Of a stretch of 64,000 nucleotides of DNA, positions 10,330 through 21,000 are shown one piece after another. How positions within the stretch are numbered: the stretch's first letter is position 1; every line of letters starts with the position of its first letter. The DNA is from Phycisphaerales bacterium (GTDB lineage Bacteria > Planctomycetota > Phycisphaerae > Sedimentisphaerales > Anaerobacaceae), in NCBI GenBank assembly GCA_003170415.1, contig PMZJ01000041.1, positions 22,520-86,519 of the forward strand, written 5' to 3'. The position numbers and the translations under genes are program-made. The notes under the pieces were generated by a model that had not been told where the DNA came from, made no database searches, and was given only the letters and a program-made list of their open reading frames with translations.

Positions 10330-11142
10330 CTAACGAATCGGCTTTTCAATTATCTTTCCTCCACGCTCAACAACGTAGTTGACCAACTCAACGCCGCTAC
10401 TGATTGCCTCTGCAAATTGCTCTCTTGTAAGCGGCTCTGGTTCCCACATCTTGAAACTCTGAACTGTCTTTTTGGCACCGTTAATCGCAGTGTATTCGTA
10501 TGTTCCAACGCAAATAAGTATGCTGAAGGGGAAGATTTTTCCGTCAGAGAGTAACGGGCCGTCATATCCCGTCACGTGAAATATGGAATCCGACGTGTCT
10601 CCGACAAGTAGAACTCCGTCATCCCCGATGACAGAGAGCACTTTGCATTCTGGAGGTGTCCAGGTTATTGTGCCAACTGGTAGGGGTGTTTCCTTCATAT
10701 GCGTAGAGAGAATAAATCTAAAACTGAGTGCAACAAACTTACCATCAAACAAAACTATTTTGTCGGAGAACCGCTTATACATTCTATTGAACCAGTCCTC
10801 GTCTCTTTCTTTGCCTCGATAAATGATACGCCCGATAGGTTTGGAAGCCGAGCCAGATTCTTTTGTAGTGTCAATCCCTGCCTTCTCGCAAAGTAACCGC
10901 AATCGCTTGTTTTCTTTAATCTGTTCATCTAACTGTTTCTTCACGTCGCTGAGTGCTTTTTCAGTGCGGGTAATCTGCTCTTGCTGTGTTCTTATCGTCT
11001 TCTCCAGCGTATCAATCTTCGCCTGTAGAGTTTGAAGTCCGCTTCCCTGGTTCGCATCTTCTGCACCCAGCAGAACCGAGCCAAAGGCACTCAAGAAAAT
11101 TGCTACTATTGTGATAGAAACCCAAAATCTGCGAGATTCCAT
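10330..11142 (-). CDS. Secreted hypothetical protein with N-terminal coiled coil
   Basis: AAGGAG RBS before MESRRFW; signal peptide; coiled coil ending LRLLCEKAGID. Confidence 0.7.
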   Translation of the reverse strand: MESRRFWVSITIVAIFLSAFGSVLLGAEDANQGSGLQTLQAKIDTLEKTIRTQQEQITRTEKALSDVKKQLDEQIKENKRLRLLCEKAGIDTTKESGSASKPIGRIIYRGKERDEDWFNRMYKRFSDKIVLFDGKFVALSFRFILSTHMKETPLPVGTITWTPPECKVLSVIGDDGVLLVGDTSDSIFHVTGYDGPLLSDGKIFPFSILICVGTYEYTAINGAKKTVQSFKMWEPEPLTREQFAEAISSGVELVNYVVERGGKIIEKPIR

Positions 11143-11347
11143 AAGTTCTCCTTCCATAGAATTTCCGCTTATTCCACTACTGTAGTATTTTAGCAATCAT
11201 ACGCTATTCTTTTCAAGCACCATTTTGCACCCGATTTTGAGGTTTTTCGGGTTTACTTGGCTTGTTTCCGCGTTATAATAACTCTCGGTAGGAGAATAAA
11301 CAATGTCCAGAGTTAGCGGTGATACTTTCGTTGGTGAGGGAAAAATT

Positions 11348-12307
11348 ATGAAACAGTATCTATGGGTTTTTCTATTCTTGGCCTCAACGTGCTATGCCGA
11401 AGTCAATCAAACTGGCCCATATATAGTCAAAACTCTCCAAAATCAGGTATCGTCTCTCACAAACGAAAACAGCCAAATAAAACGAGAGAACGAAACGCTA
11501 AAGAGACAGTTAGCTGACAAGGACAGGGAAATCGAATGGCTTAAACACCTCTGTCGCAAAAATAACATCGACCCCAATGAGCAATCCAGTTTTCGAGGAG
11601 CAGATATAGGCGACCCAAAAAACAAGATGGCCTCAACGCGCTATACCGAAGTCAATCAAACTGGGCCGTATATAGTTAGGTCTCTTCAAAAACAGATAGA
11701 AACTCTCACGCAAGAAAATCAGCAAATAAAGCAGGCGAACGAACAACTCAAGCAACAGTTGGCGGACAAGGACAGGGAAGTTGAACGGCTCCAAGCTCTC
11801 TGTCGCAAAAATAACATCGACCCCAATGTGCGATTCAGTTTTCGGGGAGCACATATAGGCGACCCAAAAAACAAGATGGCAAAGCAAATCAGTGTTAAAC
11901 CTCAGATTAAAAAGCTAAATGGATTGGAAAGGTTTAAAGACAACTCTGTGGAAGATCGGTTAGGTGATATTCCCATTAAATATTTGTGGTGGAATTATCT
12001 CGATGACAAACTTGTTGGATTTTTGGTAGCCGCCAAATCAAATGTATTTGACCAATTTCGTGATTATCTAATTGCACGATATGGTGAACCAGACGCAATT
12101 GAAAGGGGGACGACCCAAAATGCAATGGGGGCCACATTTCCCTCAATTATTCTTGTGTGGGAGACACCAGATGGACATATGTTGTTAATGAACCCCTCTA
12201 ACAATATCGACGAATTGGCACTTAGTATGACCCAAGCCGGTATTGATGAGGAATTGGACAGACGGGACAAGGATATTGCCAAGCAAAATTCAGGCAAAGC
12301 ATTTTAA
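11348..12307 (+). CDS. Secreted hypothetical protein with a tandem 83-aa internal duplication
   Basis: Signal peptide MKQYLWVFLFLASTCYA; two EVNQTGPYIV...LCRKNNIDPN...IGDPKNKMA units. Confidence 0.75.
   Translation: MKQYLWVFLFLASTCYAEVNQTGPYIVKTLQNQVSSLTNENSQIKRENETLKRQLADKDREIEWLKHLCRKNNIDPNEQSSFRGADIGDPKNKMASTRYTEVNQTGPYIVRSLQKQIETLTQENQQIKQANEQLKQQLADKDREVERLQALCRKNNIDPNVRFSFRGAHIGDPKNKMAKQISVKPQIKKLNGLERFKDNSVEDRLGDIPIKYLWWNYLDDKLVGFLVAAKSNVFDQFRDYLIARYGEPDAIERGTTQNAMGATFPSIILVWETPDGHMLLMNPSNNIDELALSMTQAGIDEELDRRDKDIAKQNSGKAF
11379..11880 (+). repeat. 249-bp tandem duplication within a CDS
   Basis: tggcctcaacg at 11379 and 11628; gacccaaaaaacaagatggc ends both copies; period 249 nt. Confidence 0.9.
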
Positions 12308-12383
12308 ATTGAATACAATGATCCTCACATCCTTTGTTCACTTTTTTCAAAATCGGCTTTACTCCCGACTTTGTGGTCTCGGT

Positions 12384-12501
12384 GCAGCGACGCTTCGCCC
12401 CGCAAGAGTTTTGCTCCGCAAAACTCAAAAAACCTCCGCAACATTTCCCGCTTCGGGAAATACGACGCGAAGGCAGGCAGCGGGGGCTATGGGAAACGCT
12501 G
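12384..12501. repeat. Composite nested palindromic element (possible terminator between convergent genes)
   Basis: cgcttcgccc...gggctatg enclosing the hairpins gagttttgc/gcaaaactc and atttcccg/cgggaaat. Confidence 0.65.
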
Positions 12502-12548
12502 ACAACAATTTTATTTTACCGAGTCATCCATCGGCATACCGAGTTGTT

Positions 12549-13169
12549 TTACCCTATAAGCTCCACGTCAATGGGTTTTTCCGGCACAGGCCCCGCGGCA
12601 AGGGCAAGTTCTTTTCCGAGTCGAACCGCTTCCTGCATCGCATTAGTATTTTCAGCGATTTTGCCCGCTTCGTCGGCGTTACTGACAAACAGATTGGCGA
12701 AATAACCCATATCGACCGTGTCTAAGTAGTATTTCATCATCAGCCGGATACAATCGAATCCTTTGCCGCCCTTTTTGCCTCCGACGGCGATGACCATAGC
12801 GAGCCGTTGTGTTTGTCTCGGCTTCACAACCGGGCGATTGAGAATATATTTGCTTGCCCAAAGGCACTGGCAGCGGTCGATGAGTATTTTCGCCTGGGCG
12901 CAGACGCTCATAAAAAATATCGGCGTCGCAAAAATCAGGCGGTCGGCGGCGAGGATTTTCGGAAGCACCACCTGAAAATCGTCCTGAATCGGACACTCAC
13001 CTGTTCCATAACAGGCCCCGCACGCAGAACAGGGCGAGATATTGAATTTGCACAGACGCAGGTATTCCGCCTCTGCGCCGGCGGAACTGGCGCCGGACAA
13101 CACCTGGCGCAAAAGCATATCGCTGTTACTGTTGTCTCGCGGGCTTGCTGATATTCCGAGAACTTTCAT
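12549..13169 (-). CDS. Iron-sulfur flavoprotein / flavodoxin family (same family as 5584..6138)
   Basis: SASPRDNSNS, CSACGACYGTGEC, ATPIFF, KILIDR. Confidence 0.88.
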   Translation of the reverse strand: MKVLGISASPRDNSNSDMLLRQVLSGASSAGAEAEYLRLCKFNISPCSACGACYGTGECPIQDDFQVVLPKILAADRLIFATPIFFMSVCAQAKILIDRCQCLWASKYILNRPVVKPRQTQRLAMVIAVGGKKGGKGFDCIRLMMKYYLDTVDMGYFANLFVSNADEAGKIAENTNAMQEAVRLGKELALAAGPVPEKPIDVELIG

Positions 13170-13190
13170 AATCTGCTGCTTAAAACAGGA

Positions 13191-14450
13191 CTAATTGCGC
13201 CTCTTTGTTTCCCTCGATGTGTTTTCGTAATCGGCCTGAATGGAATTCAAGACCTTCTCGATATCCTTAACGTCCATGTCCAGGTCAGGATACTTTTTCG
13301 CAAGGGTTTTGAGGTTTTCAAAATCGCTTCTGGCACCCTGCAGAATACTCAGGAATTTGGGCGCCGGCTGCGGGTATTTCGACTGTTTTATCTTCAGGTC
13401 AAGCGATTTTGCTATCTCGTCCATACGGCGTTTCGCTATTTGCAGCTCTTTTCTGGCGAACGCTATTTTCTTGTCTGTAACGACATTTGCGTCGCCGGCA
13501 TTAAGCTGCCCAAGCAGTTGTTCCCGTGAATCGACAAGCCCGTCGGCCATCGTACATTCGACGGCTTCTTTGGCGGTTAGCGTCAAAAGCGACCCCGATT
13601 TATTCCAGGTCCGTGCGACCTGCTGGCCCGGCTTTTTGTTTACCGGGTCGATGAATAATCTTTTTGCCCCCTGGTCTACCTCAACTACCTCAATACTGCT
13701 GTCAACCATCGCCCTTGCGAGCAATCCGGGGCGGTCGTTTTGCTGCGCCAGTGAAGCGAGATATGCCCGCCAGGCGGAGCTGAACTTTTCATTGATTACG
13801 TCCTCGTATTTCCTGTCTTTGAATTCATTGACCTCTTTGGGCTTATTAATCAATGTCGCGGCACCGATGATTGTGTTTTCCGTCATATAGATTTTGCTGC
13901 AGGATAGCGCTACCGCTGCGCCGGCGGATATCGCGCCGCCGTATTTGCCGCCTTTGACGAACGCGATTACGTTGCAGTCGGCGTTTTTTATAATGGCCGT
14001 ACACATCCGCTGGGCCAGGTCAACCCGCCCGCCGGGTGTATCAATTTCAACAAGTATGAACAAAGGACCTTCTTGCGAACTTTCGGCTATCGCTTTCTCG
14101 AAGGCGTCAGTTTCTATCTCATACATTATCGCATCATCCAGGGGCACGACGATGACCTTGTTGTTTCTGCCGAGATTGTCCCGTTTGATTTCCCATTCTT
14201 TGGGATTCAGTTTGAGCAGACCTTTTTCCTGTGTAAAGACGCTCGTCGGGCCATCTTCAGCTTCGGCGGATTTCGGCGAACTGCCGTCCTGGCGGGCGCT
14301 TTGGGCGGAGCCGGGCAGTCGGCCCGTAATGTATCCGTGGAGTTTCTCATTGGTCTGACGATTGGTGAATGTGTCCGCAAAACAAACGCCGGCAAACAGG
14401 ATTATCATTGCCGATGTCAAAGTAACTACAGTTTTTAGTTTTTTCATTAT
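13191..14450 (-). CDS. Secreted NfeD-like ClpP/crotonase-fold serine protease domain protein with a helical C-terminus
   Basis: Signal peptide; IDTPGG, AISAGA, IGAAT, LARAMVD and LLTLTAKEA motifs. Confidence 0.75.
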   Translation of the reverse strand: MMKKLKTVVTLTSAMIILFAGVCFADTFTNRQTNEKLHGYITGRLPGSAQSARQDGSSPKSAEAEDGPTSVFTQEKGLLKLNPKEWEIKRDNLGRNNKVIVVPLDDAIMYEIETDAFEKAIAESSQEGPLFILVEIDTPGGRVDLAQRMCTAIIKNADCNVIAFVKGGKYGGAISAGAAVALSCSKIYMTENTIIGAATLINKPKEVNEFKDRKYEDVINEKFSSAWRAYLASLAQQNDRPGLLARAMVDSSIEVVEVDQGAKRLFIDPVNKKPGQQVARTWNKSGSLLTLTAKEAVECTMADGLVDSREQLLGQLNAGDANVVTDKKIAFARKELQIAKRRMDEIAKSLDLKIKQSKYPQPAPKFLSILQGARSDFENLKTLAKKYPDLDMDVKDIEKVLNSIQADYENTSRETKRRN

Positions 14451-14664
14451 CATACCCTGCCACTTTTTTAACGCCGTTATTATATCATAAGCAATCCCAA
14501 ATAAATATACGCTTAACCCGTTTTACACAGGGGCTTGCAAAAAACCGTCACTGTGGTAAAAGATTCATTGCCTCTCGTCGCGGCGAAGGTTTATAGCTCC
14601 GCTGGCAAAAATCTGGAATGCCGCGCCGTAGCCGGGCGATTCATATTTTTCTCAGGAATCTGGT

Positions 14665-17600
14665 ATGGCGGTTAGGTTTATACTTGGCAGGAGCGGCACG
14701 GGCAAGACACACCATTGCGTAAAGGCAATAGTGGAGGCATTGTCGCAGCCCGCCCCGAGCGTAGTCGAGGGGGCAAACAACCAGCCGTTGGTGCTTCTTG
14801 TTCCTGAGCAGGCGACCTATCAGGCGAGCGAGGCAATACTCAGTGATACGCGTATAACCGGGTATAATCGGCTGCACGTCCTGTCTTTTGACCGCTTAGT
14901 TTATCTTGTCCTCGGCAAAAATATCGCCAGGCCCGCTATTTCTCGCCTTGGCCGGGCAATGGTCATTCAAAGAATCCTCCGCGAATGCGCGGGCAAACTA
15001 AACGTATTCGCCGATTCCGCAAGGATGCCCGGTCTGGGCCAGCGTTTAGCCGGGACGATTGCCCAGTTGCAGCAATACGCGAACACGCCGGACGATATAA
15101 AAAATCTCGTGCAAAATATGCGAAAACAACAGGGCGATACCCTGGCATCGGCGAAGTTTGCCGATTTGGGAATCGTTTTCGAGGAATACCTGAAGTTTAT
15201 CGAAGGTAAGTTTCTTGACCCGGATATCCAACTGACTTCGGCTTGCAAGGCGGTCGCGAATGCGGATTTGGTGCGCGGGGCGAAACTATGGGTCGATGGC
15301 TTCGCGGGCTTCACCACGGCCGAGCTTGCCCTGCTTACCGAACTGCTCAAAGTAGTCGAAGACGCCCAGATTGCCCTTTGCCTCGACCCCGCGACGACCG
15401 ATATAGCCAACCCGGACAAAAACAAAATCGACCCGACGGATTTATTCGGCCACACCGCCGAGACGTACGCCGAGCTTGTCGAGCGGATAAAAAAGTGCAA
15501 ACTCAAACTTTCCCCGCCGTTGATTTTAAATAAGCCGATTCGCTTTTCGAACAGCCCGGCACTTACGCATATTGAGCAAAGCGTATTCAATCAGGATTCC
15601 GCAGTAACATCCGCCGGCGGCAAAATCCGTGTCGTATCAGTGCCGAATACTCGCGCCGAGGTGCAGTTTGTCGCCCGGCAGATAACAAACTTAGTCAGGC
15701 ACGCCGGCTTCAGGTACCGCGACATCGCCGTCATCGCATCCGACCTCGATTCTTATGAAAACTACATCAAGACCTGTTTTGAAGATTATGCTATCCCCGT
15801 TTTTATAGATAAGCGAAGACCTCTCAATCAGCATCCGGTAATCGAGATGATTTGTTCGGCGATGAACGCGGTAACAAATGATTTTCCCGCAGGCGAAATC
15901 TTTGCGTATCTCAAGACCGACCTGTTGAATATCGAGCGAGATGAAATTGACCTGCTGGAAAATTATTGTCTCGCCTTTGGCATCACCGCCAGCGACTGGC
16001 AAAGTGACAAGCCCTGGAAATACGCCGCGGACAGGGCAGAACAGTTTGCCCAAGAGCAGGTAAACCAAATCCGTATAAAAGTTATATTGCCCCTGCGTGA
16101 ATTAAAAAGGAAACTTGATGACGCCGCTATGCCACAGAAATTGCTGACCGCGAAACAGTTTATAAAAATAATTTTCAATTTCCTTGAAGATACTGAAATA
16201 AGCAAACGCTTGGCGGTTTGGGACGAACAGGCAATTAATAAGAAAAATTACACAGCCGCGGATGAGCATCATCAGTTGTACCACTGGCTAATGGATATCT
16301 TTGACGAATTAGTTGAAGTCTTTGATGACTTACCACTTGGCTGTGAGGATTATCTTGCGATTCTTCGAAGCGCGTTTTCGCAGATAACGCTGGCGTTTAT
16401 TCCTCCCAATCTTGACCAGGTTTTAGTCGGCTCGATTGAGCGCAGCCGACATCCCGATTTGAAGGCGGTTTTCCTGATTGGCACAACCGAAAGGCAATTC
16501 CCATCGCCTGTCGTTTTTGACAGCATACTAAGCGAAGAAGACCGTCTCGCCGCACAGTCATCAGGCGTTGACCTTCCGCCCGGCGTCCGACAGGAGCTTG
16601 CCAACAGACCATATCTTGCCTATATCGCGTTTACCAGACCTTCGGAATTTCTCTGCGTTACTTATCCTGCTGCTGACCAGAAATCAAACGCGGTTGCCCG
16701 TTCGCCTTTCGTCGATAACCTTTTCCGGCTGTTTGACGACCTCAAAGAGGAATCGGTTGATTCCTCGCCGCTGGCCATTGAAGAGGTCTGCACAACATAC
16801 GAGCTTGAGGATGTTCTTTGCCGTCCTCCGCAATTGGTTGGGCTTTTGGATGATATCCTCCGCGATGACCAACTCGCGGCTATTGGTTCGAGAGCAGCGG
16901 GGGCAGTCGGCTATAAGAACGAAGCGACGCTGGATAGTTCAGTTGTCGGGGAGCTTTTCGACAAGCAGTTATCCAGTTCCGCGTCCCGGCTGAGCACCTT
17001 CGCCGAATGTCCTTACAGGCACTTCTCAAGATACATACTCGGCCTGAATAAACGCGAGGAGTTCAAACTTGAGCCGCCCGACCTGGGCGAATTTTATCAC
17101 CGTGTCCTCGACAGGTTTACCAAAAGGGCTGTCGCCGACAAAATAAATTTCCAGACAATCACCGATGATGCCTTGATTAAAATACTCGATGAAGAGACCG
17201 AACGACTTTGCCGGGAGGATTCGTTTATCTCCAAATTTGCCGCCCACAGCCCGCACAACGCTTTTGTGATTAGTTCCGCGAGGGAATATCTGCGGGATTG
17301 CGTAATAGCTGTGTCGCAGATGATTCGCGCGGGTGGTTTTCGTCCCGCGATGTCCGAGATTTCGTTCGGCAAATCCAAATCTGTCGGCGATTCAATCGGC
17401 GAATTTACGTTGACGCTTCCCGATGGCAGACGACTCACCCTTAATGGCCGAATCGACCGGCTGGATATCGCGAAGATTGACGGGCGAAAGGTCGCTATTG
17501 TCTTCGATTATAAAAAACGTTCCAAAGATTCCTTTAGCTGGGCGGAATTTTATTATGGCCTCGATATTCAGCTCGCGGTTTATATGCTCGCTGTTCGCAA

Positions 17601-18093
17601 CGCTGCTGGGAAATTTGCGGATGATATTGCCGGCGCGTTTTATATGCCAATCGAGGTCGGCACGGAAAATGTCGAGCTTGGCAAATCCATCGACAATAAT
17701 CCCAAATTTGCCCACAAGGCAAGAGGGATATTCAATGGTAATTACGCTTCTTCACTCGACGGCACAGCCGCGAAGGACAGTCATTATTATAATTTCTTCG
17801 TTACAAAGGAAGGCGACCCTTACGGAAAATATAATTATCTCGGCTCTCTTAGACCGGCGGATTTCGAGGCGTTTATGAATTTCGGCTCGCGAAAGATAAC
17901 CGACATTGCCGGGCAAATCACATCCGGCAAAATCACCGCTTTGCCCTATCGCCTCGGCACAGATTCGCCCTGCAAACAATGTGAATATAAACCCGTCTGC
18001 CGATTCGACTGGCAGATAAATAATTACAACCTGCTTACCCGCGTCAATAAGGAGCAGGTCCTTGAGCGGATTAAAACAGATGAGTCAAAGTAA
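14665..18093 (+). CDS. addB: ATP-dependent helicase/nuclease subunit B
   Basis: GRSGTGKT, LLVPEQ, YIAFTRP, GRIDRLD...DYK nuclease; Fe-S staple cysteines CPY...CKQCEYKPVC. Confidence 0.93.
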   Translation: MAVRFILGRSGTGKTHHCVKAIVEALSQPAPSVVEGANNQPLVLLVPEQATYQASEAILSDTRITGYNRLHVLSFDRLVYLVLGKNIARPAISRLGRAMVIQRILRECAGKLNVFADSARMPGLGQRLAGTIAQLQQYANTPDDIKNLVQNMRKQQGDTLASAKFADLGIVFEEYLKFIEGKFLDPDIQLTSACKAVANADLVRGAKLWVDGFAGFTTAELALLTELLKVVEDAQIALCLDPATTDIANPDKNKIDPTDLFGHTAETYAELVERIKKCKLKLSPPLILNKPIRFSNSPALTHIEQSVFNQDSAVTSAGGKIRVVSVPNTRAEVQFVARQITNLVRHAGFRYRDIAVIASDLDSYENYIKTCFEDYAIPVFIDKRRPLNQHPVIEMICSAMNAVTNDFPAGEIFAYLKTDLLNIERDEIDLLENYCLAFGITASDWQSDKPWKYAADRAEQFAQEQVNQIRIKVILPLRELKRKLDDAAMPQKLLTAKQFIKIIFNFLEDTEISKRLAVWDEQAINKKNYTAADEHHQLYHWLMDIFDELVEVFDDLPLGCEDYLAILRSAFSQITLAFIPPNLDQVLVGSIERSRHPDLKAVFLIGTTERQFPSPVVFDSILSEEDRLAAQSSGVDLPPGVRQELANRPYLAYIAFTRPSEFLCVTYPAADQKSNAVARSPFVDNLFRLFDDLKEESVDSSPLAIEEVCTTYELEDVLCRPPQLVGLLDDILRDDQLAAIGSRAAGAVGYKNEATLDSSVVGELFDKQLSSSASRLSTFAECPYRHFSRYILGLNKREEFKLEPPDLGEFYHRVLDRFTKRAVADKINFQTITDDALIKILDEETERLCREDSFISKFAAHSPHNAFVISSAREYLRDCVIAVSQMIRAGGFRPAMSEISFGKSKSVGDSIGEFTLTLPDGRRLTLNGRIDRLDIAKIDGRKVAIVFDYKKRSKDSFSWAEFYYGLDIQLAVYMLAVRNAAGKFADDIAGAFYMPIEVGTENVELGKSIDNNPKFAHKARGIFNGNYASSLDGTAAKDSHYYNFFVTKEGDPYGKYNYLGSLRPADFEAFMNFGSRKITDIAGQITSGKITALPYRLGTDSPCKQCEYKPVCRFDWQINNYNLLTRVNKEQVLERIKTDESK

Positions 18094-21000
18094 GGTTAAT
18101 CCTCCTCGGCGGATAAAGTGGACAACGCAGCAAAGCCGGGCCATTGTTGAGCACGGCAGGAACGTCTTTGTCTCCGCCTCGGCGGGGACAGGCAAGACCG
18201 CTGTGCTTTCGGGCAGTTGCGTCAACGTCGTGACCAACCCATCCGCCTGCCCCGACGTCTGGAGCGTACTTGTTGTTACTTTTACCGAAATGGCCGCTGA
18301 GGAAATGCGTTCCCGAATTGCAAAGCAGTTAAGCTCTGAGATGGAAACGACCGCGGACGCCACCCTTCGCAGGCATCTCCGCAGGCAGTTGATTCTGCTC
18401 GGCGCTGCGGACATAAGCACAATTCACTCATTCTGCAAACGCATTATCACCGAACATTTTTACGAAATAGGGCTTGACCCGACCTTCGGCATAATCGACG
18501 CCGACGAGGCAAAACTGCTAAAGACCGAGATACTCGAAAAAACAATCGACTGGGCCTGGAAACAAAACAATATAGCCGAGGCGCTGCGGCAGCTTATGAC
18601 TCGCAGAGATTTGCGAATGACGGAAGGTTTTCCCGCGACCATAATAGAGATAAGCGATTTCCTCGACGGCGTCGTATCACGCGATAACTGGCTTGAGCGG
18701 GCGAAAGTTTTAGCTGAGGCAGTTGACCCGTTCGCTACCGATATCGCGCAGGCCCAAAAGCAAATCGTAACGGATAAACTTCAGGAGGCCCTTGACCGGC
18801 TCGAATTCGCGCTGAAAATTTATAACGACCAGAATCCGTCGGGCAAGTGGGCCGCGAAATGCAGAAACGAATACATAAAACCTGTTCAGCAATGTATCGA
18901 GCAATTCAAAGCCGGCTGGTGGAAATTTGAAAGACCTAAAGTTTACAAACCAACGGATGTCCCGCAGGCGGACTTTATCGGCGGAATTGTCGGCGACGCG
19001 CTTGATTCCGTCAGGGAACTTAAAAACCTGGCGATTTTAAATCCTGAATATCTTAACAAATTCGCCGGCGCAATCGGCACACAGACAAGAGTCCTTGTTG
19101 AATTGGTCAGGCATTTCGACGATTCATATTGCCAGGCCAAAAAGGCAATCAACTGTCTGGATTTCGCCGACCTCGAACACTACGCCCTGCGCCTTTTGCA
19201 AAAAAGGGGTCAGGTCCCTTTTTCTGATGAACCGTCGCAAACCGCATTGAAACTGCGTAAAAAATACAAATACGTCTTTGTGGATGAATACCAAGATATC
19301 AACGACGTTCAGCAGGCAATCATCGATATGGTCGGTTCATTCGGCAACGTCTTCGCCGTCGGCGACCCGAAGCAAAGCATTTATCGATGGCGCGGCGCGA
19401 GACCCGAAATTTTTATCGAGCATCTCGGCCTTGCGTCGGCAGAACCGGAATCGAGTAATGCAGGTCTGCGAGTTGACCTCAACGTCAATTTCCGCTCCGT
19501 CAAACCAATCCTTGATTTTGCCAATAAGGTGTTTGGCCGGATAATGACCGCCTCGTTTGCTGGTATTGATTACGATGAGTCGGCATATCTTAAACCCCAT
19601 TCGCAGGAAAACGCGGAAACCGCGATTTCTCCTGCCGTTGAATTGCACATTCTCGACGAAGCACAAGCCGACTCGGACGCGTCGCCGTTCAGCGACAGGC
19701 AATTGCAGGCGGCGATGATTGCCCGGCGAATAAAGCAGCTCATCGGCGTCGATTCAAATGAGCAAATCATCGACAAAGAAACAAAAAAACCGCGACCCGT
19801 CGAGTATCGTGACATTGTTATACTAATGCGCTCGCTGGCGGGCAAAAGCGACTTTGTCGAGGCGCTGCGACTCGCCGGCATTCCCGTAAGCTGTGATGCT
19901 GCCGCCGGCTACTTCGAGGCGACAGAAATCACGGATATGCTGTGCCTGCTGAAGGTCCTCGATAACCCGCGACGCGACATCGAATTTGCCGGGACGCTGC
20001 GTTGCCCATTTTTCCGGTTCAGCGACACGGAGCTTACGAAGATTTGCCTGCAAGGCAAAAAAAATAATCGCAACCTCGGCTTCTACGATTGTGTAATATC
20101 GTTTTGTGAATCTGGAGGCGAATGCGAACTGACCGACAAACTTGCAAAATCACTCGCTATGCTCGATGAATGGCGAACCGTCGCGCGTCGAGGCCGGCTC
20201 GCGGAATTGGTTTGGCATATCTTTCGTCAGACCGGCTACCTGTCATTTGTCTGTGCTTTGCCCGATGGTCCTGCCCGCAGGGCCAATTTGCTGAAACTCC
20301 ACGACAGGGCCATCCAGTTCGAGGGCTTCGCGGGCAATTCGGGTGTCCCCTCGCTTACCCGTTTCATCGTTTTTTTAGAGAAGCTCATAGCCGCCGGCGA
20401 GGACTGGTCAAAGCCCCAGCCCGAAGCCGGCACGGGCAATACCGTTGCTGTTATGAGCATCCACAAAAGCAAGGGCCTCGAATTTCCCATCGTATTCGTC
20501 GCCGACCTCGACAGCCAGTTCAGCAAAAAGGACTTCAGCCGTGATTGCGTTCTGGATGAACGCCTTACGCTCGGCCTGAAAATAATCGACGCCGAAAGCA
20601 ACTCACGCCTCGACTCGCCGGCTTACCAGGTAATCGAGGAGCGGAACCGCCGAAAGTCGCTGGCCGAGGAAATGCGAATCCTCTACGTTGCTATGACAAG
20701 GGCGATGAATCGGCTTGTCCTCGTCGGCTGCAAAACCCGGGATAGCTGCCGAAACATTCTCACCGCGGCCCATTCATTTGCTGGCCAGTCAATTCCATCC
20801 TGGCATCTGGAAGCACGCCAAAACCATCTCGACTGGATTTTATCCGCGCTCGGTAGCGAGCCGCTCCTGCATCAGGTATTTCAAACAGAACTGCCGACGC
20901 AAACTTCGCAGGACAACCTCTTCAGCGTCCAGTTTTACGACCAGCCGGAGCTGGCGAAACTTTCCGCTATTATCCAGCACTCAAAACTAAAAACTCAAAA

